Made by a program: the position numbers and the translations under genes. A stretch of DNA of 64,000 bases, taken from NCBI GenBank assembly GCA_965153285.1, contig OZ229115.1; one strand, written 5' to 3'. Numbering within the stretch: position 1 is the stretch's first letter; the number at the start of each line of letters is the position of its first letter. The notes under the pieces were generated by a model. The model was not told the origin of the DNA, searched no databases, and was given only the letters and a program-made list of their open reading frames with translations. Shown in pieces: positions 1 to 11,297 of the stretch. The DNA comes from Podarcis tiliguerta. Lineage: Eukaryota.

Positions 1-861
1 GTCTGGTGATATTGGGCCAGAAAATTTGGGTATAAGAGAAAATTTGCATCCTTGGCCAGGACCAGACTTCATGGGGTCCTTGAAACAATGCTGCCAGTGC
101 CACACTCCTCCCCTCTTTCCGGCCAACAGATTTATGAAATGCAGACTTGGACTCTCATTCCAAAGTGGCACCACTGCCCATGCACCGCTAAAACACCACC
201 CCTTGGCCAGGTGAAAGAGTGCTGAGTGGCAGCACATCTGTAGCGGCCAGTGAGGGGCCCATCTGATCTCCTAGGGACATTGGCCAATGCCTGACTTGGT
301 CTCCCATTGGAACTGGACCTGTTGCTGGCTGTGCTGCTGTGCTGCTGCAACGTTTTGAGGGGCTCTGCAACATGTGCACCGTTGGCTCCTTTGAAGTAAG
401 GAGACAGAAGCAGAGCATCGAATGTGCTATTTTAAAACATGGCTTTGGAAATGGGTTTGATGTTTAAACACCCACATCTTAAGGTGAATGGTTTAAAATG
501 TGCGTTTCTTGCTTCTCTTCATGTTTGCTGCATATGGGACAAGGAGCCTTGTGCTGAGTCGGAACAATTGCCCGCCTACTCTGCCTGGCAACATGTCTTC
601 TTTTCCAGCCTTGCTTCCTGTGACCCTTCCACAGGAGATGGTGGAGCTTTTGTCATGAAATGCATGTGTTTTTCTACTGATAAATACCCTCTTCTTTGTA
701 ACAAAGCCCTGAAGCGGGGTGAGAAAGTCTCAACAAGCAAGGGTTATTAGGTGGCCCACAACAGGCTACTGGAGGCATCTCAGTCCATAGGACAGAGCTT
801 CTTGGGAGTTAAAAATTGTGGTTCTCTTGAGCCTTCTGTGACTTGGCTGCAAAACCCTCTG

Positions 862-1046
862 TGTATATACCATACCCTTAAAGCACATTGAAGTGATGCA
901 TGACTTCTCCCTCAAAGAATCCTGGGGAATGTAGTTGGTTAGGGGGTTGAATTGTAGCTCTATAAGAGCTATATATAAGAGCTATAAACTACAGTTCCCA
1001 GCATTCTTTGGTGTAAGCCATGTCCTTTAAATGTATGGCATATACA
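862..1046. repeat. Palindromic MITE-like repeat (CCATACATTTAAAGCAC...GAATCCTGGGAACTGTAGTT family)
   Basis: Self-complementary arms (AAAGAATCCTGGGGAATGTAGTT / AACTACAGTTCCCAGCATTCTTT). Related copies at 22931-23075, ~8066-8590 (split by the Penelope fragment) and ~18040-18085. Confidence 0.75.
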
Positions 1047-1856
1047 CAGCCAGATGCTCTGAATAAACATGGGCAAGGGGCCTGGCAGTGCTTTGTCTGT
1101 CTCACTTCCCCAAAATGCAGAATGAGGTTAGAAGCATTTGCAAATGGAGGGAAAGTATTCAGTATAGTTAAGTACAACAAAGATACATGTGGAGGTGGGC
1201 TGGAAGGGAGAGCCAGGAATAAATGCAACCAAAAGATATCTGCTTATTTGCTGGGTGGGAAAGGTTGTCATACATTGACAGCAGGGAAAGGATGCAGGGA
1301 GGCAAGTAATGGGCAAAGATAGGGAACCATCAGCCACATCTGTTGGGGACACACCACTGGTTCTGTGCAGCTGATCTCCCACCCTTTTTGGAGCTGTACA
1401 GTTAGCTGAGAGAGACCGAAAAATAGTTGCCGATAAAGCCTCACAAAGCCTTGCTGTCAAGACAGCACCCTGTGGGACATCCCTGGGGATCTGCACCAGC
1501 TGGGAGACACTGATAGGCTTCACTGCCTGCCGTCTGTTCACCCTCACTACTCTGGGGACAGCCGACATATATAATCTCCCTTCCTTCCCCCTTCCCTCCT
1601 TCGCATTGCCTGCTCTTCCTCTCTGGGTCTATATTTGTCTCCTTAGACCCTGTCAGCTGGTCCCTGTAGACTTGTCTGCAGACTTGTCTCTGCTCTGCTG
1701 AATTTGCCTGGCTACCCCCAGCTCCGCTGCCTATTATTGTTTTTTAACTGACCCCTTTCGGTAGGTGCTCCAAAAAGCCAGTAGCTTGTGCAGAGAAATA
1801 TTCTCAGAAGCGTCATACTGCTGTTTATTAAATAAAAAGCAATGCTGCCATTAAAG

Positions 1857-2216
1857 GTAAAGGTAAAGGTACCCCTGCCCATATGGGCCAGTCTTGACAG
1901 ACTCTAGGGTTGTGCGCCCATCTCACTCAAGAAGCGGGGGGGCAGCGCTGTCCGGAGACATTTCCGGGTCACGTGGCCAGCGTGACATCGCTGCTCTGGC
2001 GAGCCAGAGCCACACACGGAAACACCATTTACCTTCCCGCTAGTAAGCGGTCCCTATTTATCTACTTGCACCTGAGAGTGCTTTCGAACTGCTAGGTTGG
2101 CAGGCGCTGGGACCGAACAACGGGAGCGCACCCCACCACGGGGATTCGAACTGCCGACCTTTCGATCGGCAAGCCCTAGGCGCTGAGGCTTTTACCCACA
2201 GCGCCACCCGCGTCCC
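1857..2216 (-). mobile_element. Sauria SINE, full length, young
   Basis: Minus strand starts GGGACGCGGGTGGCGCTGTGGG, has tRNA-like box B (GTTCGAATCC) and ends in an (ACCTTT)n tail. Perfect 16-bp TSD AATGCTGCCATTAAAG at 1841-1856 and 2219-2234. CpGs largely retained. Confidence 0.93.
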
Positions 2217-3004
2217 TTAATGCTGCCATTAAAGCTAGGCAAAAGCATTTCCTCCTAACAACTGGAGAAGTAAGAAGGAGGCATGGGAGTAGGTGATTGA
2301 AACATATTCTCTCTGAGTGTCATAAACATTCTGGAGTAACTTCAAGAATGGAGGGTTTGCTGCAGAATACCATAAAGGGGGCGCTCCTTCTTGGTTTAAA
2401 TTCTGTGTGTGAGTTCTCCGACAAGCCTGGCACTTCCCTGAAGCAATATTCTGCATATGTGAGCTCCTCAGTGCTATTCTTCTAGAAAAATAGGTGCTGG
2501 AATTCACCATGTACGCCTCCCTCATTCTCTTAGAATGGCAATGGTGCCCACCTGAGAGGTGCCAGAACTATGGTCCAGTGAGTTCTGGCTGGGGGGAAAA
2601 GCCCTGGGGGCTCCTCTGGATGGTTTGTTTATTTGGCATTCATTCTTCTTTGCATGCCCAAAGTTTACAAGGTGGTTAGACCAAGTCCCCTCTTTACTGA
2701 GCTGGTGGTCTGACTGGTTTACAGGGCAGTTACACAGCAACAAGCATCCATCCTGATTTGCCTGTCTTCCCGTTCATCATTCATTCAATCCATCACTTTT
2801 CAGTGCATTTCCCTGTCACTTGCCTAATCGCAAAAAATACCTGGTTTTTAAAAAGTGGATTTGTTGTGCTACAGCGACAGCATGTTTTAATCTGCTCTAG
2901 GTATGTAGTCCTAAAGTTCTGGCATGCACTTGAACCCTTCCTTCCAAAACTCACACCACAGACAGAACTTCACATCTCCTCATTTCACCAGGCTATTTAA
3001 AGAG

Positions 3005-3398
3005 CCACCTGCACCTATACGGACCTGTCTCTGATCATAGGCATGCCATTGTGACATGTCAGATTGGTGAGCAGGGTTTTTCAGTGGTGGCTACATATTT
3101 GTGGAATTCCCTCCCCAAGTACACATGACTCCTATTTTATTGGCTTTTAAATGGACCTGGAAGGTGTTTATATTTCAAATTGTTTTTAATTACTATGTGT
3201 GGGGCTCTGAATTGTTTTAAACTGCTTTTTTTTAACACTAGAAGGTGATGGTGGTAATTATTGTTAATATTACTATTTTTATTATTTGTCTGAATTAATT
3301 AGCCATATGGTACATTTTGTAGTATTTGTTTTATGTTTTATATTGGTGTGAGCTTCTTTGGGGGGGGGGGCTTGCCTATATAAATCCTGAAATAAATA
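3005..3398 (+). mobile_element. L2-like LINE 3' end
   Basis: TTTTCAGTGGTGGCTACATATTTGTGGAATTCCCTCCCC (FSVVAxxLWNSLP), T-rich UTR, ends TATATAAAT...AAATAAATA. Confidence 0.65.
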
Positions 3399-5004
3399 GA
3401 GAAATACTGCTTCCTGATGGAGCCAGATGCATCATCAAATTCAGAGAAAGCAAGTGATGTACATGCATGTGCGAACAAGCCCTCTGGTACTGCCCCTCTG
3501 AAAGCGTTTTTTCTCCAGTTAAAGTACTGCTGTTAGGATCAAACAATTGCATGGGTATGGGTAGAGGTTGAGGTGTATGACATCAACAATGTCACAGGTG
3601 CTGTCCAATAAGAGCCTGCAGTGCTTATGCAATGCATTCCAGAGAGCACTTCAAATCCTAGTGACCAGTGCTAGATGGAGAAGGAATCACATTTCCCTGC
3701 TAACAATATATTTGCAGCTTTCTGGAAAAATGTCCCTCACATAGAACTCCTTCCTTAAGAGAAAACATCTTGACTTTCTTGAGTAACTGATGAGCCACAC
3801 ATTTTTTAATCTATAAACTTATCCTCTGGAAAGGTTATAAAAATAAGAAATTATCAAGCTAAACAAGAGCTTCAAACAGTAAAATTAAGTTCAATGGGGA
3901 CAAATATAAAGCATTGTCTGGGGAATGAGGTCTGGGGTGGATAAATAATGCATCCCTGCCAAAACAGATTAAGATTATAGTGGATAACATATTGAATGCT
4001 AATACACCTTGAGATGCTGTGGCTCAGGAGTCCTATGAGACCTTTATTTCTTTACATACATATTTATGTGGTACTCTTTAAAAGGGTTTGCAGAGCAGGT
4101 AACAACTACACATTATCAGTTTAAAACAGCAAATTATCACATTAAAACATTAAAACCTATAACATTAGCAGCAGTAGGAGTTGTTAAAACAGCTTGAAAT
4201 TCACACTAGTAAGTTAAAAATGTACATCAGAACACCTTAAATGGCCAGAGCAAATAAAAAGGTCTTTACCTGGCACTGAAAAGATGACAAACTTGAATCC
4301 AGGTCTTTTGGAGGGGAGGGCATTCCAAAGACAGGAAAGACTATGCAAAAGAGGTAATTGCTCTCAAAAATGCCAGTTAAGAAGATTTATTACAGCTCAA
4401 CATATTTTGGAACACAAAAGGAGCAATATGCAAATAATTAAAAATATAGAAGTATTCTAAATACAATTGTATATAATTTTGTTTGTATTACTATTATCAT
4501 TCTTCATTAATTCATGAATTTTTTTTACGTGTGTCTCAAGGTAGTTTTTAAGTGAATACAAAGAACAACCAAAGATAGGTTGAAAAACAATTCAAATTAC
4601 TGCCTCTAAGGCAGGTGTGAATAAGGAAATAGTTGACTTATATAATTTTAACTTTTTGTAGATTGCTTCTGAAGAAAGAATTTGCATTCCAAAACGTGTT
4701 GATCTGTAAGATAAATCTTAGTTGGCACTTTCCAAAACAGTTGTCTTATATTTTTCATTCTGTCTGGTTTCTGTGCTGCCTTCCCAGCTTTTTGCATTCA
4801 GAGGACCAGGCAACACCATGTATCTTGGATCATGACTTGTCTTACTTCAGAAGGCTGGTGGATCCAAAGAGCTCTTAGGGTCTTGGCTATTTAGATTGTA
4901 ATAACATGGGCATTGTTTTGAGTTCCCCATGGTTTTGGCAGAATGGCCATAGCTCTATCACAGAGCACCTCTTTTCATGCAGAATGTCCCAGGCTCAATC
5001 ACCA

Positions 5005-5450
5005 GTGGCTCATCTTGTCCAGCATTCTATTCTCACAGTGGCCAACCAGATGCTAATGGAAAGGTTGAAAGCAGGATCTGAGCACAACAGCGCTCTCCTC
5101 CCTTGAAGACCCTCCAGGTGTCTCTATTTTCTGGTGGCCTTCCCAGATTTACAGAAGCTGTCCCAGTTTCTGATTTGATACCAGAATGTCCCAATTTTCC
5201 TTAGGACATCCCTATTTTAATCAGAGAAATGTTGGGGGGTATGCACTTGTAATTCCCAGTAACTAGCATTCAGAGGCATACTACCTCTGACATGGGCAGC
5301 AGAACACTGCCATTACAGCTAGCAGCCATTGAAAGCCTTATCCTCCATGAATTTGTCTGATCCTCTCTTTGAAGCCATCCAAGTTGGTGACCATCACGAC
5401 TTCTTGTTAAAGTGAATTCCAGAATTTGACTATGCAATATTAAATATTTG
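5005..5450 (-). mobile_element. CR1 LINE 3' end (interrupted by MITE at 5106-5243)
   Basis: TCTTGTCCAGCATTCTATTCTCACAGTGGCCAACCAGATG...CCTTATCCTCCATGAATTTGTCT...GAATTCCA, matching the reverse strand of a squamate CR1 tail; homologous to the + strand copy at ~60270-60490. Confidence 0.7.
5106..5243. mobile_element. Short MITE (CAKACCCTCCAA-type TIR) inserted into a CR1 3' end
   Basis: AGACCCTCCAGG...GTTGGGGGGTATG. It is the reverse complement of 5744-5870 and 11161-11297, and it splits a CR1 tail. Confidence 0.7.
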
Positions 5451-5541
5451 CCCAGATTTGGGGAAAGCACCTGTTCCACAGTCCATATTTAAATGGGATT
5501 GGCTATTTTGTCCACCCTCCATTTTCTCTGCTCTGGCAACA

Positions 5542-5875
5542 CATATCCTCCAACATTTCTTCAATGAAAATAGGGACGTCCCATTCCATAACGATGATTT
5601 TACTATTTATACACCACACAACTTGTCTGGGGCAACCCTGTAAGATATTCCAACATATATGAAAAACATAATAAAACATTAAACATTTAAAAAACCTTCC
5701 CTATACAGGATTGCCTTCTGATGGCTTGGGGGTTGGATAATTCCATACCCTCCAACATTTCTCCAATGAAAATAGAGACATCCTAAGGAAAAACGGGGCA
5801 TTCTGGGATCAAATCAGAAACCGGGATGGCTTCTCTAAATCGGGGACGTCCCTACAAAATGGGGTCATCTGGCAA
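5542..5875. mobile_element. Composite MITE copy A
   Basis: Collinear with 10975-11297: partial left end, an internal LINE-tail-like segment, then a complete short unit. Confidence 0.75.
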
Positions 5876-7194
5876 CAGATGTCTAAGATAGCTTCCACCT
5901 GTAAAAAAAACAGGCAAGGGGCCATCATTTTTGCAGGGGGTGAGCAGGTTGCAAGAGGCTGCAGTTCATGCTTCACCTGTGAACAACTGTCACTGCTCAC
6001 AGGCCTGGTTTCTTTTCCTCTTTGATAAGAGCAGGGTTTTCTCATCTGGCACTGACAGTTGATTGGGTTTGATGATATAATCATAAACAAAAATTCACAT
6101 TGGGGGAAAGAACCAAACACCTGTTCCATTTGAGACAATGGGCTTACTTCTGATGAAGCGAATGCCGGTGAATACCCAAGAAAAACCACAGCTGACACAG
6201 GGGATGGAAATTAGCCACCCATAGTCTTTCAGAGGTGGGAAGTCAGAAGGCGGGAACCCCTGCAGATAAATTGGTGTTGCAGGTGGAGCCATGGCATAGG
6301 GGACGGTGAAAGCACCTGCCAGAAGGAAGACAAAGGGCCAAACTACAGAGTTTCATGCAAAATGATTCCCAACAGTATTACTGGTCGGGTGGTACAGGTG
6401 GGCAGTTGTAACATGATGGCAGTGACATATCTCCTGTGATGCTGTCACAAACATGGGGAAGGGCAGTACTGTGGCTGAGCTGTTAGAAAGTCCCAGGTTC
6501 AGACTTCAGGAAGGACTGCGAAAAACTACTACCCAAAACTCCCTCTCAAATGCTGAACTAGGTGGGCCTATGGACTCAAAATTAAGGCCTATGTTCCCAT
6601 CAGGCAAAGAAACTCATAGCCAGGTTTCTCCATCATCCTTACTCTTCCAGGTTCATTGCCACCATTTTCTAGCATCCCTCTTTCACCTCTTTCAACTCCT
6701 AGCCTGGCTGTGCATGAAACCAGACTGGAAATGCAGTTGGAGTAAAAGAGCCTTTCGTAACCTGATGCCCACCTGGACTACAATTCCCATCAGTTGTGTT
6801 CACTGGGGCTGAGACTGGATAGCAGTCCAAAATATCTGGAAGGCATCAGATTTGGAAAGGCTGACCTCAGAGTGGTGATACAAGATGACAGAAGCAGATG
6901 TTCTGAAAAGTCTTTTTTGGGAACATAGTGACTATGCTGAAAGTTTGGGATATAAATTTTAAAAGTAAGTAATATGCTTGTTTGAAAACGACTTGAAATA
7001 TCCCAGACTTTCAACACAGTCACAATGTTCCCAAGGTATCTAACAGTATGGATATAAGTCAAAATTTAACATAAAAAGACAAAATATAGAAAACTAAAGT
7101 TACAGCTAAAACAGTAACAGACCATTCAGATTTTTTTAAAAAATCAAAACTATCTCCAGTTTCATTCATATATATATATATATGTTATTAACAA

Positions 7195-7530
7195 CCTTTA
7201 AAACTCTAGACTGGCCTCTAAACTATAGTACTATAGGTACCAAATGGTGCTCCCTTAGAAAGGTATCCAAATACAAGGGGCCACCACTGAACAGGCTCTC
7301 CCTCTCTTTATTCTCTCTCTCTCTCTGGTCACCACATGTCATATGTACTTCAGATGGCTGAGGTACCTGAAGAAAGGCCTCAGACCACAATTTCAGAGAC
7401 AGGTGCAGTTGCATGGGAGAAGGCAGTCCAACAAGCATCTGGGCTCTAAAAACAGCACTTTGAATTAAGCTCAGCAACATGCTGGGAGCCAAGGTACTTG
7501 TTTCAATAGAGGCCACATATGATTTCACTA
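7195..7530 (-). mobile_element. Degraded L2-like fragment
   Basis: GGGGCCACCACTGAACAGGCTCTC and AACAGCACTTTGAATT...GGGAGCCA are reverse-strand L2 ORF-end motifs. Similar weaker fragments at ~4040-4340 and ~15220-15480. Confidence 0.5.
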
Positions 7531-7759
7531 CATCTTGCCTGTATCAAGCAACTATGCTGATCCTGTTTCCCCTTCCGCTGCTGCTCCCGTTGTAGCAATG
7601 AATACTATATGGACTGAGTCTGCAGGAGTTAGATGCCCACTGGCAGTTACATGACATCAGCAGCATCCTGGGACATACTATTGCTACACCTCATACTATT
7701 TTAAAAGCTTGCTATTTTTCAGCACCAATCCATCAGGAGAACTCAGCTAGTCCTTGTAA

Positions 7760-7842
7760 AACAGATGTTGTTGGACTCCAACTCCCATCAGCCCTGGCCC
7801 GCTGTAGTCCAGTAACATCTGGAGGACCACAAGCTCCTCATT
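7760..7842. repeat. Palindromic hAT-like MITE family (CCCTCCAGATGTT...GGACTACAACTCCC...CATCTGGAGGG)
   Basis: CAGATGTTGTTGGACT / AGTCCAGTAACATCTG arms. Diverged copies at ~6750-6863, 15925-16025, 18940-19065, 47770-47890 and 57875-57980. Confidence 0.65.
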
Positions 7843-8096
7843 CTGTTTTTCATGTGAAGTAAACAAACAAACAAAGCATAAAGCAGCTAGATCTACCATC
7901 ATCCATCTGGAGTGGCCTTTTCTGTTTTTATTTGAATTTCCTTTGAACACTTTCCCCCCTAGGCTGTGTACTCTTGTTCTGCAGCCTCAGAGTCTACACA
8001 AACCTTTTAAAGTGGGGGAAATGGCTACTGCCGCATCATGTCCTTCTCAAGGTTGCTAAGCGGAGCCACACCATACATTAAAATGTATATTAAAAA

Positions 8097-8444
8097 ATTG
8101 TCCAGTAGCACCTTAGATACCAACCAGGTTTGTTCTTGGTATAAGCTTTCGTGTGCATGCACACTTCTTCAGATACACTGAAACAGAAGTCACTAGACCC
8201 TTATATATAGTGGGAGGGTGAGGTGGGTTTTTCCCCAGGAGGGTAGTAGGAGATGGGTGATACTCAATGGGTATGGTAAACCTGTTGATGTCTGTTAAAG
8301 ACTGCAATTAGTCCTACAGGGAAAAGTCCTACAAGGGATAGTATGCAGATGATTAGCATATGTAATGAGACAGGAATTCAATATCTCTATTAGACCAAGT
8401 CTCTCCATAGTTTTCAGTTTAGTGATAAGTTGTAATTCAGCAGT
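8097..8444 (-). mobile_element. Penelope-like (Neptune-type) retroelement 3' fragment
   Basis: Minus strand encodes TAELQLITKLKTMERLGL/NRDIEFLSHYIC* (one frameshift), resembling the GIY-YIG endonuclease C-terminus. It is followed by a 3' region with a hammerhead motif and the typical GTATCTAAGGTGCTACTGGAC end. Confidence 0.85.
8139..8176 (-). ncRNA. Minimal type I hammerhead ribozyme motif
   Basis: Minus strand reads GUAU-CUGAAGA-A-GUGUG-CAUG-CACAC-GAAA-GCUU-AUAC. Both core boxes are present, with stem I GUAU/AUAC, stem II GUGUG/CACAC and the palindromic AAGCUU in place of stem III. Confidence 0.75.
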
Positions 8445-10706
8445 TAAAAGAACACCCAATGCAAAGAATCCTGGGAACTATAGTTTGTTAAAGATGCTCT
8501 GAATTGTAACTCTATGAGGGGGAACTACAGTTCCCAGGATTTTTTGGGAGGAATCCTATGCTTTAAATGTGAGTTGAACATGCTTTATATGCAAATAAAG
8601 CAGCTATCCCCACCCAAAAGCAAAGCCCTCTGTATCTACTTATGGGGACATTTAGTGCTACATTGTAGGAGTCTCAGATGCAGAGCGGAGCAGCCTCTTC
8701 TAAAGAGTTAACAGAGCTTGGAGAACATTTGCCAAGGTTTTGAAATCTGATTTTCTTTCTGCAATAGAAATTAATCAACTTCCTATCTGAGAGCAGAAGT
8801 AGAAGTTGTTGCAGGAGGGCAATGGGTAAGGTTCTTTGCATGCTGCATGTAACGTAGATAAGCAAAATCAGCTTTCATCAAAACCACTACCTTTAAGCTA
8901 AATGGGGAAAGGATCAGGGCCATGCCCATTACTGTTCTGCACAGATGGAGCACAACATTTTCTGGATTTGCTTTCCCAGTCCTTTGTCCACCCAGTCAGG
9001 ACAGAGCTGTGCATAGTCTATTCCTTAGTCATTGCAGTGTTGTCATTCATTAAAAGAGCAAGAGTTACTTCAGCCTTCCTGCTCCAAAGTAGATTTGCTT
9101 ACATATCCACAGCTAATGTCATAACAATGTGGTGTTCAGTATACATTTGAGACATATTTCAAATCTTTTGTGCTGTGGTGGAGACTCCTATCTTGGTTTC
9201 ACTTGCTCTTGCTTTTTAGTGTGGAACAGTAGGCATTTTCACATCAGCCTCTACCAGCCACATGGCTATGAAGATAATATTATAGTAAAGTGCTGCAGAA
9301 ACCGTAGCTTCATGCATCTTGTGGCACTAAGGTGGCATCAGGGTTTAGGACTGAAGCTGTGGTTTCATATGAATAAAGGCAAATGGAAAACTGAAAGCCA
9401 AACCTTGCTTCTGCGCTGTTCTTTTGCTTTCCCTGCTTATATCTTCAGTGAAGTGTCATCTTCCATGAAGAAATCATATGCAGTGGTGATATATATATGT
9501 AAAAGACTGAATGGGCAAAAGTTACCCTGACATCCACAGGGGTCCTTCCCCTGCTGAAAGTAGACTTGAAAGAAGCATTTTGTTGTAACCATTGTAATGG
9601 GTCGTGGTGTGTGCATGGCTGCAATGTGTGCGTGGCCCCCACAATAGCTATCTGGTTTGCAAATTTGCCCACAGGCCCTAAAAAGTTGGCAACTCCTGCT
9701 TATCGTCATATCAACCTTAAGAGCATCATAGTGATAATGCATGATGACCCTTCCCAAGAGCTGTCTCCTAAAGAGGAAGTGCCGTATTCTCTGTGATAGG
9801 TAGAGGCATTTGGACATGGGGCCTTTCTCTTGGAAACACTTGCATAAACAAATAGTTCAAGGTGGAGACAATCCCTTATCTTAAAAAAAGAGCCTGTGGA
9901 ATCCTGTCTCAGTATGATTCCACAGGGAAAAAGCCACATTAAAGGGTCTCCCACTACCCTCCAGCACTGAAGAAACTATTTGTGTGCACAAGGAATCACT
10001 GTTAATACTCATTAGCCTTTAAGCATAAAAACTGATGAAGCCTTAAGCAATCCTAATTATTTTGTTTTATTTAAGGCATTTATGTACAGTATGTACCACC
10101 CTGCAAAATAGTTATTCAAAGGCATCCCCTGATTTGGGAGAAATTCCTTCTGTCTTCAGGATTTGCAAACTCCTGTCTTTAACACCCTGACGCAAAGGGT
10201 GCTCTGCAGTATGTCCATGAATTTTGGGCTTCATGCTGCACAGTAGTATATTGCCCCAAATGATGATTAGCAACACCCATAAAAATCACTATCAGGAAAA
10301 AAATGGAAGTGATTTAAAGTATTTGTTTTTAGGTTGCTGAGTCTTTCATGTGTGCTTTACTTTTTTATTTCTCTAGTGTGAAGGCCAAAGAGAATTGCTG
10401 TCATGCCTAAAAAACTGTCATATCTAGAAGTACCATATGTGTGTCAGGCAGGGACACACTATTACCTAGTACTGTACAGTAGATGCAGCAATGGAAAATA
10501 CCAGGTGCCCGTCTACATCTGCTGTAGTTTCTTTTATGAAAGCCTACAGAATTTCCACTAGTCGGTTTGGGAACTGTTCTGGAGATTTTGATGGGGGCAG
10601 GAGGAAAGTTTCTTCAAAATGTACATACACTTGCTGAACTCTATGCTCCTCTTTTCATCAGAGATTTAACAGTGAAAGTCTGTGACCTCCTACTAAAAAG
10701 TAAGTA

Positions 10707-10960
10707 CAGTCATACCTCGGGTTGAATGTGCTTCAGGTTGAGTGCTTTCGGGTTGCGCTCCGCGGCAACCTGGAAGTAATGGAGTGCATTACTTCTGGTT
10801 TTTGTCGCATGCGCAGACGCTCAAAATGACATCATGTGCATGTGCGGAAGCGGCAAAACGTGACCTGCGCATGCACAGACGCGTCATCACGTCTTACGTT
10901 CTATTCAGAATGTGAACAGGGCTCCGGAACGGATCCCATTCGCATCCCGAGGTACCACTG
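10707..10960. mobile_element. Tc1/mariner (Tigger/pogo-like) MITE
   Basis: TIRs CAGTCATACCTCGGGTTG / CATCCCGAGGTACCACTG, flanked by TA at 10705-6 and 10961-2. Confidence 0.88.
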
Positions 10961-10974
10961 TAAAGAGTTAAGGA

Positions 10975-11297
10975 ATACCCTCCAACATTTATCTGATGAA
11001 AATAGGGACGTCCCATTCCATAATGATATTTTTACTATTTATACCCCACACATTTTATTGGGTTGCCCCAGCACTCTGGGCAGCTTCCAACATATATAAA
11101 ACATTAAACATTAAAAAACCTTCCTTATACAGGATTGCCGGCTTAGGGGTTGGATAACTCCGTACCCTCCAACATTTCTCCAATGAAAATAGCAACATCC
11201 TAAGGAAAAGCGGGACATTCTGGATTCAATTCAGAAACCGGGATGGCTTCTCTAAATCAGGGGTGTCCCTTGAAAATTGGGACACTTGGAGGGTCTG
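10975..11297. mobile_element. Composite MITE copy B
   Basis: ATACCCTCCAACA ... TTGGAGGGTCTG termini; same internal order as 5542-5875. Confidence 0.78.

Noticed and set aside
1128-1568. 146-aa minus-strand ATG ORF
   Set aside because: No recognisable family and no exon context; it may be TE-derived but I cannot support a call.
6150-6180. Other CTGATGA motifs as hammerheads (also ~3787, ~10032, ~33487)
   Set aside because: No stem II followed by GAAA.
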